A stretch of 63,972 nucleotides of DNA, counting the filler, from Octopus bimaculoides (taxonomy: Eukaryota): the NCBI RefSeq assembly GCF_001194135.2. It is 3 parts of 3 records of this genome, joined end to end, with 100 filler letters (N's around TTAATTAATTAA, not from the genome) between each part and the next. Parts side by side here need not be neighbours in the genome. Positions count along the whole stretch, not along the records: positions 38,118 to 63,972 come from NC_068996.1; 2 more parts are not named here. One strand, written 5' to 3'. This document shows, in pieces, positions 39,395 through 51,723 of the stretch. The notes beneath the pieces were generated by a model. The model made no database searches and was not told where the DNA came from. It worked only from the letters and a program-made list of their open reading frames with translations. The stretch's first letter is position 1, and each line of letters starts with the position of its first letter. The translations under genes were made by a program, and so were the position numbers.

Positions 39395-40403
39395 ATAGAT
39401 GAAACATATAATGTTATCTCTAGTGATAGTTGTATGATTGCAGATTATACCTTTCCCTTTTCTGTGTTTTTTTCTTTCTGTTATTTTTCTTTTTTCTTTT
39501 CTGTAGAATGAGGGCGGTACTGTCATGAGTATTTTCTTTCATTATCTCTCTATTTTCTTCCTGTATCTTCTAAATTTCAGCGGCTGGAAACATGGATATT
39601 GAACACAAACAAACAAAGAAACAGACAAACCAGCCAAACAACAAACAAACAAACATGAAATTTCCAGGAATATAAAAAGCAAGACAAAAAAAAAGTAAAA
39701 ACTGAGAAATAATCACTATATCAAAATAGAAGAAATCAATAAGAAGATACATAATAAAAAAATTAAAAAAAACCTGGATGACAGCTACCATCATTCCAAA
39801 GATTATGTATTACTTCAATCAAGAGTGAAGACGGCGAAGATGTCTGCCAATGGTTAGACGTGCTATAAATCCACTCTGACTTCATCTAGTGTGAGTTGAT
39901 ATCAATTTAAGATTTCTTTCTATTCGTTTGAGATGCCAACTCGGACAACTCGTTGTTTGCAATAACTTTCTGGGGTCCAGTAGCAATCTTCTTTGGCATA
40001 ATAAAAGAATTATTCCTAATTGAAGAACCGGACTTCGCGGAGTATACAGAGCACATAAAGCTTTCTTTCTTCTTCCTTCTCTCTTTCGCACGCATACACA
40101 TATATAAGTAAGTATATAAGAATGTACACACACACACACACAAATAGTGTCGCATCAGGCTGGGCGATATTTTTTGTGTATCTATCTCTCCATCTATCTA
40201 TCTATCAATCTATATATACTTACTTATTTATATGTGTGTATGTATATGTACGTATATCTATCTATCTATCTATATATCTATCTATCTATCTATCGGATTA
40301 TGTATATTTATATATATGTATATATGTATATATATATATAATGTATGTATACATGTATGTATGTATATATGTGTGTATGTATGTATGTATGTATGTATGT
40401 ATG

Positions 40404-40437
<34 letters not shown>

Positions 40438-41008
40438 TGTATGAATGTATGTATGTATGTATGCTAAAAAAGAAGCATTGGCTTCGTGTTCAGTTACATG
40501 GAATGACGATGAACGCTACTACAATTGCATGTAACTATTTACAATAACCTCTAGAGGACAAATAACTTGAGTGCTGATGCTGCAAGACGGAAACTGTACA
40601 GAATACCATTATGAAGTTTTTGTATTATTTTTCGCTGCACTATATATTATGACATTGTACTGTGTTGTCTGAGCTTCGGTAGATTTCATGTATTCCTTTC
40701 CAATGTTTATTTGTACATATAACATACAGACTATGTTGCAGATGCGTAAGGTAGTAATATATACTAGTTACCAATTCGTTATTTGCATCTTTCAATAATT
40801 AAACAGTTGTCATACTGGAGCACTGTCTTTTAGCAAGCCGCTCTGGTATTTATTTAAAGTTTCGCACGTAGTTTGTCAATCCGTTTCACTGAGTTGCTTA
40901 TGTCACGGAGACCTAAAAGTGAATACCGGTAGTCAGGTAGTGGAGAGGCAAATAGAGACACAAAGAGACACACATACATACCCATCTACATATATATACA
41001 TATATACA

Positions 41009-41043
<35 letters not shown>

Positions 41044-41579
41044 GCATAAATATATAGGTACATATACATACATATATATTTGCATNNNNNNNNNNNNNNN
41101 NNNNNNNNNNNNNNNNNNNNNNNNNNNNNNNNNNNNNNNNNNNNNNNNNNNNNNNNNNNNNNNNNNNNNNNNNNNNNNNNNNNNNNNNNNNNNNNNNNNN
41201 NNNNNNNNNNNNNNNNNNNNNNNNNNNNNNNNNNNNNNNNNNNNNNNNNNNNNNNNNNNNNNNNNNNNNNNNNNNNNNNNNNNNNNNNNNNNNNNNNNNN
41301 NNNNNNNNNNNNNNNNNNNNNNNNNNNNNNNNNNNNNNNNNNNNNNNNNNNNNNNNNNNNNNNNNNNNNNNNNNNNNNNNNNNNNNNNNNNNNNNNNNNN
41401 NNNNNNNNNNNNNNNNNNNNNNNNNNNNNNNNNNNNNNNNNNNNNNNNNNNNNNNNNNNNNNNNNNNNNNNNNNNNNNNNNNNNNNNNNNNNNNNNNNNN
41501 NNNNNNNNNNNNNNNNNNNNNNNNNNNNNNNNNNNNNNNNNNATATATATGCATGATGCACGTATAAAACGTTGACTCA

Positions 41580-42290
41580 TTGGGTATAAAAGCATCCAAA
41601 TTTATCAGCTTGTCACTCGTTTCCCGAACGCGGTAAGGATGCCAAGACTGACACGAAATCAGTGGGAGCAAGCCATCGGACGTCTCCATGCTGGTCAACG
41701 TCCATTGATCATTGCCAATGACTTGAACTGCAGTATTCGGACAACTGAGCGCCTGAGGGAACAATAAAGTGCCACAAACTGTACAGTTGATCGCCCACAC
41801 AGTGGGTGTCCGAGGTCTACGTCAAGATCACCACCTGCACCGACAGCACGTGCAGAACCGATTCCGGAGGACAACGGAATCAGCTAGGCAGACCAGAGGG
41901 ACCCACCACAGAGACATTTGTGCAGAGACAGTACGACGCCGGCTTAAATCTTTCTATATGTCTTGTCGATGTCCGGCTAGTGGCTCCATCGTCACAGATC
42001 GTCATCGACGGGCACTTCTGCAGTGGAATCAAATACGTCAGAACTGGCAATAGTGGAGGACTGTAGACTTCTCTGAACTAAAGTGTACATTGGATTGCTG
42101 TGGCAGATGGCAGAGTTAGCATTTGGAAAATGGGTGAAGGTCATGCCGATGGCTGCGTGGTGGAGAGAGACTCGTGGAGAGGATTAGAGCATCATCGTAT
42201 GGGGCGGGATTTCACTCAACGAGAAACTTGAACCGGTGGTCTTCCAAAATATCAGACAAGTTGGGGGCAATGAAGTAACCACTGCCTGAG
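41580..42290 (+). mobile_element. Tc1/mariner transposase pseudogene, 5' half
   Basis: TATAAAAG at 41585, ATG at 41639. MPRLTRNQWEQAIGRLHAGQRPLIIANDLNCSIRTTERLREQ*...DRPHSGCPR...ETVRRRLK...HRRALLQW...W*WRTVDFSE...DGRVSIW...ERDSW...SIIVWGGIS. Truncated before the second catalytic D. Confidence 0.88.
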
Positions 42291-42419
42291 ACCCCAACGT
42301 GTGCGACGTTTCTTTTGTGGTTCAGTCTCTTTTCTATAAGTATTTTCATGGATATTGTTCAGTGAAGCTCTCTCTTCCAGTATTCTAAGGACCTTGTAAC
42401 AAGCGAATGCTTTAGAAAA

Positions 42420-42441
42420 TATATATGTATGTGTGCGTGTT

Positions 42442-42536
<95 letters not shown>

Positions 42537-42652
42537 GCATATATATATATATATACACACACATACATATATGTATATACATATACTTATATATATGTAT
42601 ATATATATAAATATATATAAATATATGCATATATATATAGACATATAAATAT

Positions 42653-42727
<75 letters not shown>

Positions 42728-42905
42728 CATACAAATATATATACATACATATATATATGAATATACATATACATAAATATATATATATATACACATGCTG
42801 ATATATATAGAGGCATACAAATATATACATATGCATACATATATATACATACATATATATACATATGCATGCATATATATTCATATACATACATATATGT
42901 ATGCA
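42420..42905. repeat. Long (TA)n/(CA)n/(TACA)n compound microsatellite
   Basis: Direct reading of the sequence. Confidence 0.95.
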
Positions 42906-43136
42906 ACTACATGAGGATCGTTGGCAAATTTTTTCCTCCGTCTTCTCTTTGACATTCATCTGTCTCTTGTTTCTGAACAAGGGCTTTGCACGAAACGTAA
43001 AACTATCGTTCTTTCTTCCCTGAGCCTCTGTTCATACTTTGCATGTACCACGACCTTGCGTTGTTGTTTATTTCTAGTATTTTTTCTTCGTTCTTTTCTT
43101 GGGGGGGGGGTTTAACACACACACCCGCGCACGCAC

Positions 43137-43179
<43 letters not shown>

Positions 43180-44460
43180 AGGATGTGTTATAATACTATT
43201 CCACAGCCATATTAACAATCCAATAATACTATTCCACATATACAAAAACAACCATACCAACTATCCAACATACTCCATCGTCAGCTGCCCCACGGATATC
43301 ATTATGGTTTCGATAACTGTGCAGTACAATTCAATCCGGTGGTATCAAAAACACTAAAATAAGTGTTGCTTTGGAACAAACAAACCAAAAAAAAAAAAAC
43401 ACAACTTTCAAACGCATTTACCTTATATACAACCGTATCGATAAATAAATTCAATAAGTAAATTCTAAATACGTAACTAAAATACGTAACTAAACACTCC
43501 TAAATACGTAACAAAACAACGACAACTTTATTGTCATACAAAAAATATAACCCCTACTGTCTTCCGTAGTATAATATAAAAGTAAAAGCTTAATAACCAC
43601 GTCATTTCAATCAATTAATATATTAATCACTAACTTTAATGAAACTACAACAAAGAGACATATAAATCAATGTACATTGTATGGGCGTTAATAGTAAACT
43701 GCAATAACTGAATTATATGCTAAATTGCTAACAATCTTTAAGTCCATATACATAATAATCCCACCGGTCTTCCATAGATACTACTAAAATGAAAGTTAAA
43801 ACCTTATAAAAATCTCTCTAAAACAAAACACGATTGAAATTAATTTAACTAATATTTTTATGAGTGAAATACATTATTTCCTCATTCAAAAGTTCATAAT
43901 AAAACACTACATACTCATTAATATGTCACCACTACAACCTATATCAAATTACCAGTAACTAATATGAACATTAAATTTCATTAAATAGAGACTAATAAAA
44001 GTACTTGTAATTAACTGTCATTAAAAAACTTGCTGTGCTTAAATCTAATTAAAGTGTTTAAAAGATAATAAAACTACAAGTGTTAACACTGACATGCTTA
44101 ATCAGACACGCGGTTCCCTCACTAAGAATTTAAAGGGCCAACTAAATATTGATGACGTACACCATACACCATAGAAACCGGGAAACCGGGCCCATGAGCC
44201 TGGCTAAGCTTTAAAAAGGGTGCATAATAATAATAAATAGTCTGTAATTACTACTTCATCAATTGTCTCAATATTGGTGACGTAGAAAGCAAATAATCTT
44301 CAAATCCTTACAAGTATTTGCTAAGCTGAAGACAAGATATTACCTCATATTTATTTAAAATTTCAAGTTTCCCACCTAAACAGCGATTAAAAGTTTTAAC
44401 CAATTTACCATATTTATACCCTTGTTTTACTAAATGTCTTAACAGTTATATATCTATCTA

Positions 44461-44502
<42 letters not shown>

Positions 44503-44569
44503 CACGGCCCGTATGTCCCTAACCCAATTGAGGATCACAAAACAAAATTTCTGTTGATATTATTTTTAC

Positions 44570-45316
44570 GCTGTACGCCCGTGGGCGATTATAGAGTGAA
44601 TTTTAGGGCTTATAAACCTACTATTTTATCTTTTCTTAACACTGGTTCCCATATTACATTCATATCTGCACTAGGTCTGCCTAAGAGGTTATTGTGTCCT
44701 AGCATATGTGCAGCCTCTTTTAATTTTCGTATTTCCAGTGGTGTACTCTGTCGATTATTTTAACTTACTCCCACAGCGGGAGGTGGTCTCCGTTTTTCCA
44801 TACATGATCAGCTATACCCGAGTTTTAAGCATCTCTTCGTGTCACAGATTTACTATGTTCCTTTACTCTTAATTTAATGGGCAGCATGTTTCGCCTTTGT
44901 AAACCTACCACAACTGCATGGGATAGAGCTAACACAGATTTTAGTCATATTCTCTTCTATGGATGGTTTTACTCAGAGAAGATATTTGCGAAGTGTTGTA
45001 ATTCATCTGAATACTGTCAGCTAACATTCACTGGACAATACCTCAACTTCAATTCTCACCATCCATACAGTATAAAGAGAAAGACTGTTCAGTTCCTAAA
45101 ACATCGAGCAAAGACAATAAGTAACGATCTTGATATACACCAGGAAGAAATGATCAGGCTAAGAAACAATGTTCTATGCAACAACTACCCAAAGAACATA
45201 TTATCTACTCCAATGAGGGAGAGGAGATAGTATGAAACACATAAACTGGGCACAGTCTGTCTACCCTATGTCAAAAGCTTCTCTTAATAGAGACAAAAGA
45301 TATGCCGTCTATATGG
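44570..45316 (-). mobile_element. Short Penelope-like copy with a 5' inversion (44570-45018 minus; 45024-45316 plus)
   Basis: Same family as 16770-17470. Plus segment FTGQYLNFNSHHPYSIKR...KLGTVCLPYVK...; minus segment TVF..TTLRKYL through GIY-YIG to the stop. Confidence 0.88.
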
Positions 45317-45720
45317 GCTTAAGACTCCAACCTCCATCGTTTCTGCTCTGGTGTCTCGTGTTTCCTGAAGCGGGCTTGTCTATCGGCTTGAGACTCCAAC
45401 ACGCCATGGTTTATGCTCTGGTGCCTCGCGTTTCCTCAACAAGGTTTGTTTATCAGATTGAGGCTCCAGCCTCCGTCATTTCTGCTCTGATGTCACGTGT
45501 TTTCTCAAGCGGGCTTGTCTATCGGCTTGAGACCCCAGTCTCCGTCTTTTCCGCTCTGGTGACTTTTGTTCCCTCAAGCAGGCTTGTCTGATTGTTTCAA
45601 ACTGAAGTTTTACTTCTCGTTGCTCTCGTGTTTCCATGGCATTTCGTTGTCCCATAAATTGGGGCTTGCATTGCCTTTCTTTTTATGTTTCCTGTTTCCC
45701 TAGCTCTTTGACTTCGGGAA
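45317..45720 (-). pseudogene. Decayed 69-bp (23-codon) tandem repeat encoding STPR-like E[T/S]PEQ+..RL helices; possibly a Helitron RepHel N-terminus
   Basis: Units start at 45323, 45392, 45462 and 45531. Minus translation METREQREVKLQFETIRQACLREQ-KSPERKRRRLGSQADRQARLRKH-VTSEQK*RRLEPQSDKQTLLRKR-EAPEHKPW/fs/-...RFRKH-ETPEQKRWRLES. Confidence 0.6.
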
Positions 45721-46055
45721 CGTCTGGCTTCAGATGATTAAAAACTATTATGTTGTATTCTACGCATCATAATGAATCTTCTAAAGTAAAATGTCTAAAA
45801 AAATCAAAAATAAATTCCGCAAGATCCAATTCATTTTTGTTGTTTCTTAATCCAATCATGTGGCTTTATTTCATTCATCTACCGATTTTCATAAAATTCG
45901 GACTAGTAAAGCAATTACACCTTTTATAAATATCAACAAACTTCACTTCACAAAGCGAAAATGCGATTGTATCTAATCAAGCAAATATAACACAAGGATT
46001 GTTCAAATTACGATGTAGTAGAAGACTCTCTCTTTCTCTTCTTCTCTCTCATATA

Positions 46056-46178
<123 letters not shown>

Positions 46179-46388
46179 CAATGATATGAGAGGTATTAGT
46201 ATCCAGAAGACCCAAGATGGTAGGTAAGGCTATCTAAGTGCTGCGGAAAGACCGCAGTTAGACTCTCGGTTGGAATAGTAATACGATGGAAGAGATTAAT
46301 GCGGGCGTTGTGTGAGCATATATATGTTAAATAAAATGAGACAACAAGGCTGTGTGGAATTTATAGAACATTTATAAAGAGAAAGGTA

Positions 46389-46436
46389 GTCTTACAGCTG
46401 TTTCTGGGATATTAGAGATATCCCTTCATCAGAGAC
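46389..46436 (-). ncRNA. Minimal type I hammerhead ribozyme motif (left arm)
   Basis: GUCU-CUGAUGA-A-GGGAUAU(CUCUA)AUAUCCC-A-GAAA-CAGCUG-UA^-AGAC. Confidence 0.7.
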
Positions 46437-46741
46437 AATATGAGAGAGTTAACTAGAGGGAAATAGTAGAGTTCAATATAAGGAGTTATTTTGGGAAAGG
46501 ATGGATAGAGAAAGTATAAAGAGAAATAAGAGAATAAAAGTAAAATTATATGTAGATGTTACAGTTGCAGTTCCATTATCAATTATCTTTGGATAATGTA
46601 ACTTCAACTGTAACATCTACATATATTTTTACTTTTATTTTCATTCTCTTATTTCTCTTTATACTTCCTCTATCCGACCTTTTCCAAACTAACTCCTTAT
46701 ACTGAACTCTACTGTTTCCCTCTATTTAACTCTCTCATATC

Positions 46742-46789
46742 GTCTCTGATGAAGGGATATCCTTAATATCCCAGAAACAGCTGTAAGAC
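46742..46789 (+). ncRNA. Minimal type I hammerhead ribozyme motif (right arm)
   Basis: GUCU-CUGAUGA-A-GGGAUAU(CCUUA)AUAUCCC-A-GAAA-CAGCUG-UA^-AGAC; predicted cut after 46785. Confidence 0.7.
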
Positions 46790-47088
46790 TACCTTTCTCT
46801 TTATAAATGTCCTATAAATTCCACAGAGCCTTGGCTTTGTTGTCTCATTTTATTTAACACACACGTACACACACACACACACACACACGNNNNNNNNNNN
46901 NNNNNNNNNNNNNNNNNNNNNNNNNNNNNNNNNNNNNNNNNNNNNNNNNNNNNNNNNNNNNNNNNNNNNNNNNNNNNNNNNNNNNNNNNNNNNNNNNNNN
47001 NNNNNNNNNNNNNNNNNNNNNNNNNNNNNNNNNNNNNNNNNNNNNNNNNNNNNNNNNNNNNNNNNNNNNNNNNNNNNNNNNNNNNNNN

Positions 47089-47124
<36 letters not shown>

Positions 47125-47125
<1 letters not shown>

Positions 47126-47455
47126 CGTGGGTGTGGCTAAAAGCTTGCTTCCTAAAGTTCCAGGTTCAGTCCCACTGCATGGAAACTTGGGTAAGTGTCT
47201 ACTATAACCACGAGCCGACGAAAAACGGGAAGAAGCCCGTCGTATTTGTATATGCATATATGTATGTGGGTGTGTCTTTGTGTCTATTTGTACTCCATAA
47301 CTGTTTGTCCCCCACTCACGTGTTGGAATGTTTACGTACCCATAACTTAGCGCTTCAGCAAAAATGACCGATGGAGCAAGTACCGGGGTCGATTTATTTG
47401 ACAAAAAAATTCTTCAAGGTGGTGCCCCAGTATGGCCGCAGTTAAATGACTGAGC
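47125..47455 (+). mobile_element. SINE family B
   Basis: ggcgtgggtgtggctaaaagcttgcttcc...gaagaagcccgtcgtat...ggtggtgccccagtatggccgcagttaaatgactg. Confidence 0.8.
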
Positions 47456-47569
47456 AATATAAAGGATTATATATATACACATACACACACGTGTGTGTGT
47501 GTGTGTGTGTGTGGGCGCATGTGCGCGTGCACGTACCCTCATTCGATCCTTCCACTGTATTTTCTCTTT

Positions 47570-48003
47570 TCTTACTGACATGATTTGTTTTTTTTACAGT
47601 TGGGATAATAGATAATGCGTATTTGGTACCTTCTCGACTCCATAATTTCTTGTAATCCAGCTTCAATCTCTGCAAGTAGAGCAGTATCACCTGCATACCT
47701 TAGATAAGATATTTTTTGATGCCATGTATTGCCTCCTTCATTATCTACTCAGTAGTGCTGCGAACAAATAATTAGAGTATCACAGAAAAGAATGGTGAGA
47801 CGGATTCTTCAAGCCAAGCCAATTGGCTGGAGACCTACTAGTAGACTCAGAATGATATAGTTGAATAATACCCGTAATCTCAGTTGGTCACGCTTGTAAA
47901 TCCAACCGGAAAGATCTAGTGATATTTGCTTCTGAAAGGATCCTATGAAGGAGGTGCTTCAGTACTGTACTCTCACGATCATCCCTGAAAATAAATGGAT
48001 GGA
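47570..48003. mobile_element. RTE-like LINE relic: inverted RT piece (47570-47750, minus) abutting a sense 3' end (about 47760-48003, plus)
   Basis: Minus: KISYLRYAGDTALLAEIEAGLQEIME...KKTNH. Plus: RMVRRILQAKPIGWRPTSRLR...LSWSRL, ending in (TGGA)n. Confidence 0.65.
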
Positions 48004-48541
48004 TTGTTTTTCATTGATCTCTATATCCTTCTCAGCATCTACCCATTTAATCCACCGTGTCTCTTCTTGTCTGTGTATGCACCAGTTCAAATGATCTTCG
48101 TCATGCTAACTTTAATCAAACAATATTTCCTTCCTTTTCACTCCCTCACCTCTTTCAGTTTTTTTTTTATTTATTTTCGCTTATAATTCTGCTGCCAAAG
48201 TGATAAGAAAATGCTTTCTGCCAACACATTACACCGCCACGTTTTTTTTTTTTTTCAGTCTCCTGTTCTGCAGTTTAGTGTAGATATTCTGACTATCAAT
48301 GCTACTGACACATTTGGCTTCTAAAGTATAAGGTATAAAACATTGCCTTTATTCATAATAAACTGAAAGAGACCACCAAATACGTGTGAAGGCAACTGTA
48401 CTGAAAGTAATCATGAAGGGTTAATGTTGGGCGTTAAACAAATAGAAACATCTTTGTTGTTTGTCTTTCTCTGCTACCTTTGGTTAAAGGCCCAAGTGTG
48501 TGTGTGTGTGTGTGTGCGTGCACACNNNNNNNNNNNNNNNN

Positions 48542-48584
<43 letters not shown>

Positions 48585-48784
48585 CATTATTGTTTATTTC
48601 AGGATTTCTTACCAATAGAGAAAGAACCGGTTTCTAACATAGATCCAAGGCTTCTTCACTGGAATTTCAACACCAACAACAGGGTGCTTTTTTTTATTTG
48701 TATATATGTTTACGTATATACATACGTGCGTATGTGCAGATATGTATGTTTTATGTATGTATTCTCATGCACATAGTTGCAGAT

Positions 48785-49080
48785 CTAGACATGACCATAT
48801 ATATTTAAATGATGAATTTTGGGAAAGTTTTAGAGATTTTTACAGTTCCAATGATGGATTGAATCTGTAGTCTTCGAATTAGCTTTCTCCTTTCTGGTTT
48901 TGAGAAGCCTAATTTCTCAAGATTGTTATTTAGGCAGTATTACCTATCTTAGGGCCCCAATAATTACAGGCATAAACCTAAACTTGTAATCTGGATAGAG
49001 TAACTGTAGATATCTTAATAGTTCAGCATAGTTGCTCTCTTTGAGAGTGTGAGCATATGTAATTATCATGGAAAATCAAC
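48785..49080 (-). mobile_element. 3' end of a second REL-type non-LTR retrotransposon
   Basis: ENYAELLRYLQLLYPDYKFRFMPVIIGAL, typical of the REL C-terminus (Y..L...L....P.IIGALG). Confidence 0.6.
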
Positions 49081-49559
49081 TAAGTCATATCTTCTTACCA
49101 TCCGACTGCCCAACCAGTCGTTAATTTTGATCCATTGAACTACTATAGCAACAAGTACTTCTATAGTTTCTTTTTATTATTATTTGATGAACTATGTCTC
49201 AGGAAAACTCTAGTGTGACAAACCGAATTAAATTACTACGCTATTACGGCATTTAGTACTTATCTTCTGTTCATTAAAAACCAACGGACAGGTGACTCTG
49301 TGTGTGCGCGAGCGCATGCTTGTACGTATGCGTGTGTGTGTGTGTGTGTGTGTGTATGTGAATAGAAAATTAATCTGGCTGACCTATAATTGATGAGGTA
49401 TTTGCCGTTTGTAATGGTCATGCTGTTGCTATTGCCTGCGTACAGCAACTGTCGATGCTAATAGTTAACCACAGGTTACTCTCCATGTAGTAGACTTACC
49501 ACTGAAGACGTTGCTAATATTCGTTTGAAATTTTGATACAAGGCTAGCAATTTTTGGGT

Positions 49560-49975
49560 GAGGGTTATGTCAATTACATTGACCCCCACCCCCGTGCTCA
49601 ACATGTACATATTTTATCGCCCCCGCCCCAAAGGATTAAATGGATAGTAAACTTCGACCGAACTTGAACTCAGAACATATGGACGGACGAAATGTTACTA
49701 TGCACGTTGCCTGCCGAGTTAACGATTTTACCAGCATGCCACCATAAAGTTGTTGCTAATATCAACGTCTAGTGATGCGGTGAGCTGGCAGAATCGTAAG
49801 CTCGCCGGGCGAAATGCTTAGCGATATTTTGTCTTCATGTTCTGAGTTGAAATTCTATCGAGGTCGAAATTGCCTTTTCATATATCAGGGCCGAAAAAAA
49901 TAAGTACAAGTTGAGCACTGAAGTCGACGTAAACGACTTACTCTGCCCCCGAAATTGCTGACCTTGCGCCAAAAT
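49560..49975. mobile_element. Head-to-head pair of decayed SINE family A copies (49560-49743 minus; 49775-49975 plus)
   Basis: Family A motifs in opposite orientations, about 30 bp apart. Confidence 0.75.
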
Positions 49976-50490
49976 TTGAAATCAATTCTAACACCCAGTC
50001 TTATGTTTAAACTTAGGGGTTATGTATACGGCTGCACTACTCAATGAGTTCTTTATCTAACTGTCAAGCGCGGGTATGATTTTAACTCAGGTTTGGATTC
50101 CTTCTCTATTAGACCAAGCGACCAAATATGGAATCCTAGGTCATGTCGTTGTTGACATGGGTTCTGCTTCTATTTTAGACATGTTCTATTGTTGTTGTTG
50201 TTATTGCTGCTGTTGTTGCTGTCGTTGGTGATGTTACTTAAACCCTGATCAACTTTTATGAAGCACAAACAGGAAATCAGTGAGCATCCAAACTTTTATT
50301 CAGATCATATAACATGGATTACATTAAACGAAAGCAATTTGTTCCTTTCTAAGAAGGTAGCTTATAAAATAAGGAACATGTATTTCATAGCTATTTTAGC
50401 AAATCGTCCGACTTATTTCGTGCAGTCAGGTTATATTTGTTATTGTATATACTCAATAGAGCTCTGAAAAAGCAGAACTAAATTCCGTTT

Positions 50491-50725
50491 TTAAGGCAGC
50501 GAGCTGGCAGAATCGTTAGCACGCCGGGCGAAATGCTTAGCGGTATTTTGTCTGCCGTTACGTTCTGAGTTCAAATTCCGCCGAGGTCGACTTTGACTTT
50601 CATCCTTTCGGGGTCGATAAATTAAGTACCAGTTACGCACTGGGGTCGATGTAATCGACTTAATCCATTCGTCTGTCCATGTTTGTTCCCTCTATGCTTA
50701 GCCCCTTGTGGGCAATAAAGAAATA
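50491..50725 (+). mobile_element. Young full-length SINE family A with 17-bp TSD
   Basis: TSD agaactaaattccgttt at 50474-50490 and 50726-50742; B-box-like gagttcaaattcc. Confidence 0.92.
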
Positions 50726-51708
50726 AGAACTAAATTCCGTTTCTTTTTTCTTTTTCAAACAGGGAGTATGTATGATTAAATTCTCCAGTGAGACCCTTGT
50801 ATTTTTATAAGGACTGATTATTTGTTGACTACAGAGTGGCTACTGCCAAACACTTCACTCGCGGTGTTTTGTAACATTTAACATCATGACACTAAATTCT
50901 ATGCTGGCCTAACTACTGAAAACAAAATTTTCAAATCTTACCTTAAATATCTTATTTCATGTTATGACTGCTCATAACAATGACTCCAAAGGAACCCAAA
51001 CGTTCTTATGAAACCTTGTACGCACTGCTTAAGTGCATCTCAGGTGACATATTTAAAAACCATTTCCGGAGAAAATTGACATGGGACTATTTGCAACCCC
51101 TATTAATCTATTTGGTTTGTGCGAGAGCTTGCAATATTTCTTTGTTATTACTATATTAAATTCTCAGCGACAAGACTGTCCAACATATCTACTTTTTTTC
51201 TTTGTTACCTCTACCTAGTTAAACAACTGTAGCGATGTAGTCAATTTAAAAGGTTTCGATTTCGATTCATACTCAGTTTTTCGCTATTATCAGCAATACA
51301 TACATCTCAATGGCACTTACTGAAATTTCTTAAAATACTTGTGCATAAACTGACCTTAAAAGAAGCCTGTCTTTTCATATGAGCAGCTTCATGGGGGCTC
51401 TTCAAAATGTGGAAACTCCGATGATCATTTTATCATAGAACCAACATTGTTATTGAGCAAAAATGTTTTGCTGTAAATTTTCGTTAATTAAAATAGACAC
51501 AGATTTTCTTTGGCAGTTAGTTTGTAAGGCAGAATACTGCATGCAGATACCTTGATACAATAGATGGGTAGTGTCGGGTACATCCGCTGTTACACATACA
51601 TAATGTTATGATGAAATAAAAACTTACATTCACGATATTTCTTTTTCCGCCGTGAGAAATAAATGATCAACAAATGAGGTTTCATAAAAAGCTGTCATTA
51701 GCTGATCC

Positions 51709-51714
51709 TTTATT
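51709..51714 (-). promoter_or_regulatory. Candidate polyadenylation signal AATAAA, 10 nt after the EB1-like stop
   Basis: Plus-strand tttatt at 51709-51714. Confidence 0.4.
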
Positions 51715-51723
51715 AATTACGTT

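Larger units (their letters stand above)
46325..46859. repeat. 535-bp hairpin palindrome (arms about 256 and 268 bp, loop about 11 nt) with a hammerhead in each arm
   Basis: tgttaaataaaatgagacaacaa... pairs with ...ttgttgtctcattttatttaaca. Loop at 46581-46591; two 6-nt indels and scattered mismatches between arms. Confidence 0.95.

Noticed and set aside
39907-40000. Short ORF MPKKIATGPQKVIANNELSELASQTNRKKS
   Set aside because: About 30 codons with no recognisable family; cannot be supported without expression data.
44565-44585. Idea that the short PLE copy ends at an RNase P cut at the 5' edge of the tRNA-like unit
   Set aside because: Homology continues about 7-15 nt into the tRNA-like head (GGGCGTACAGCGTAA versus GGGCATATGGTGTAG), so the end is not at position +1.
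45323-45600. CRISPR-like array (also the 26-bp array at 19131-19260)
   Set aside because: Contiguous tandem units with no unique spacers, eukaryotic context, and no cas genes.
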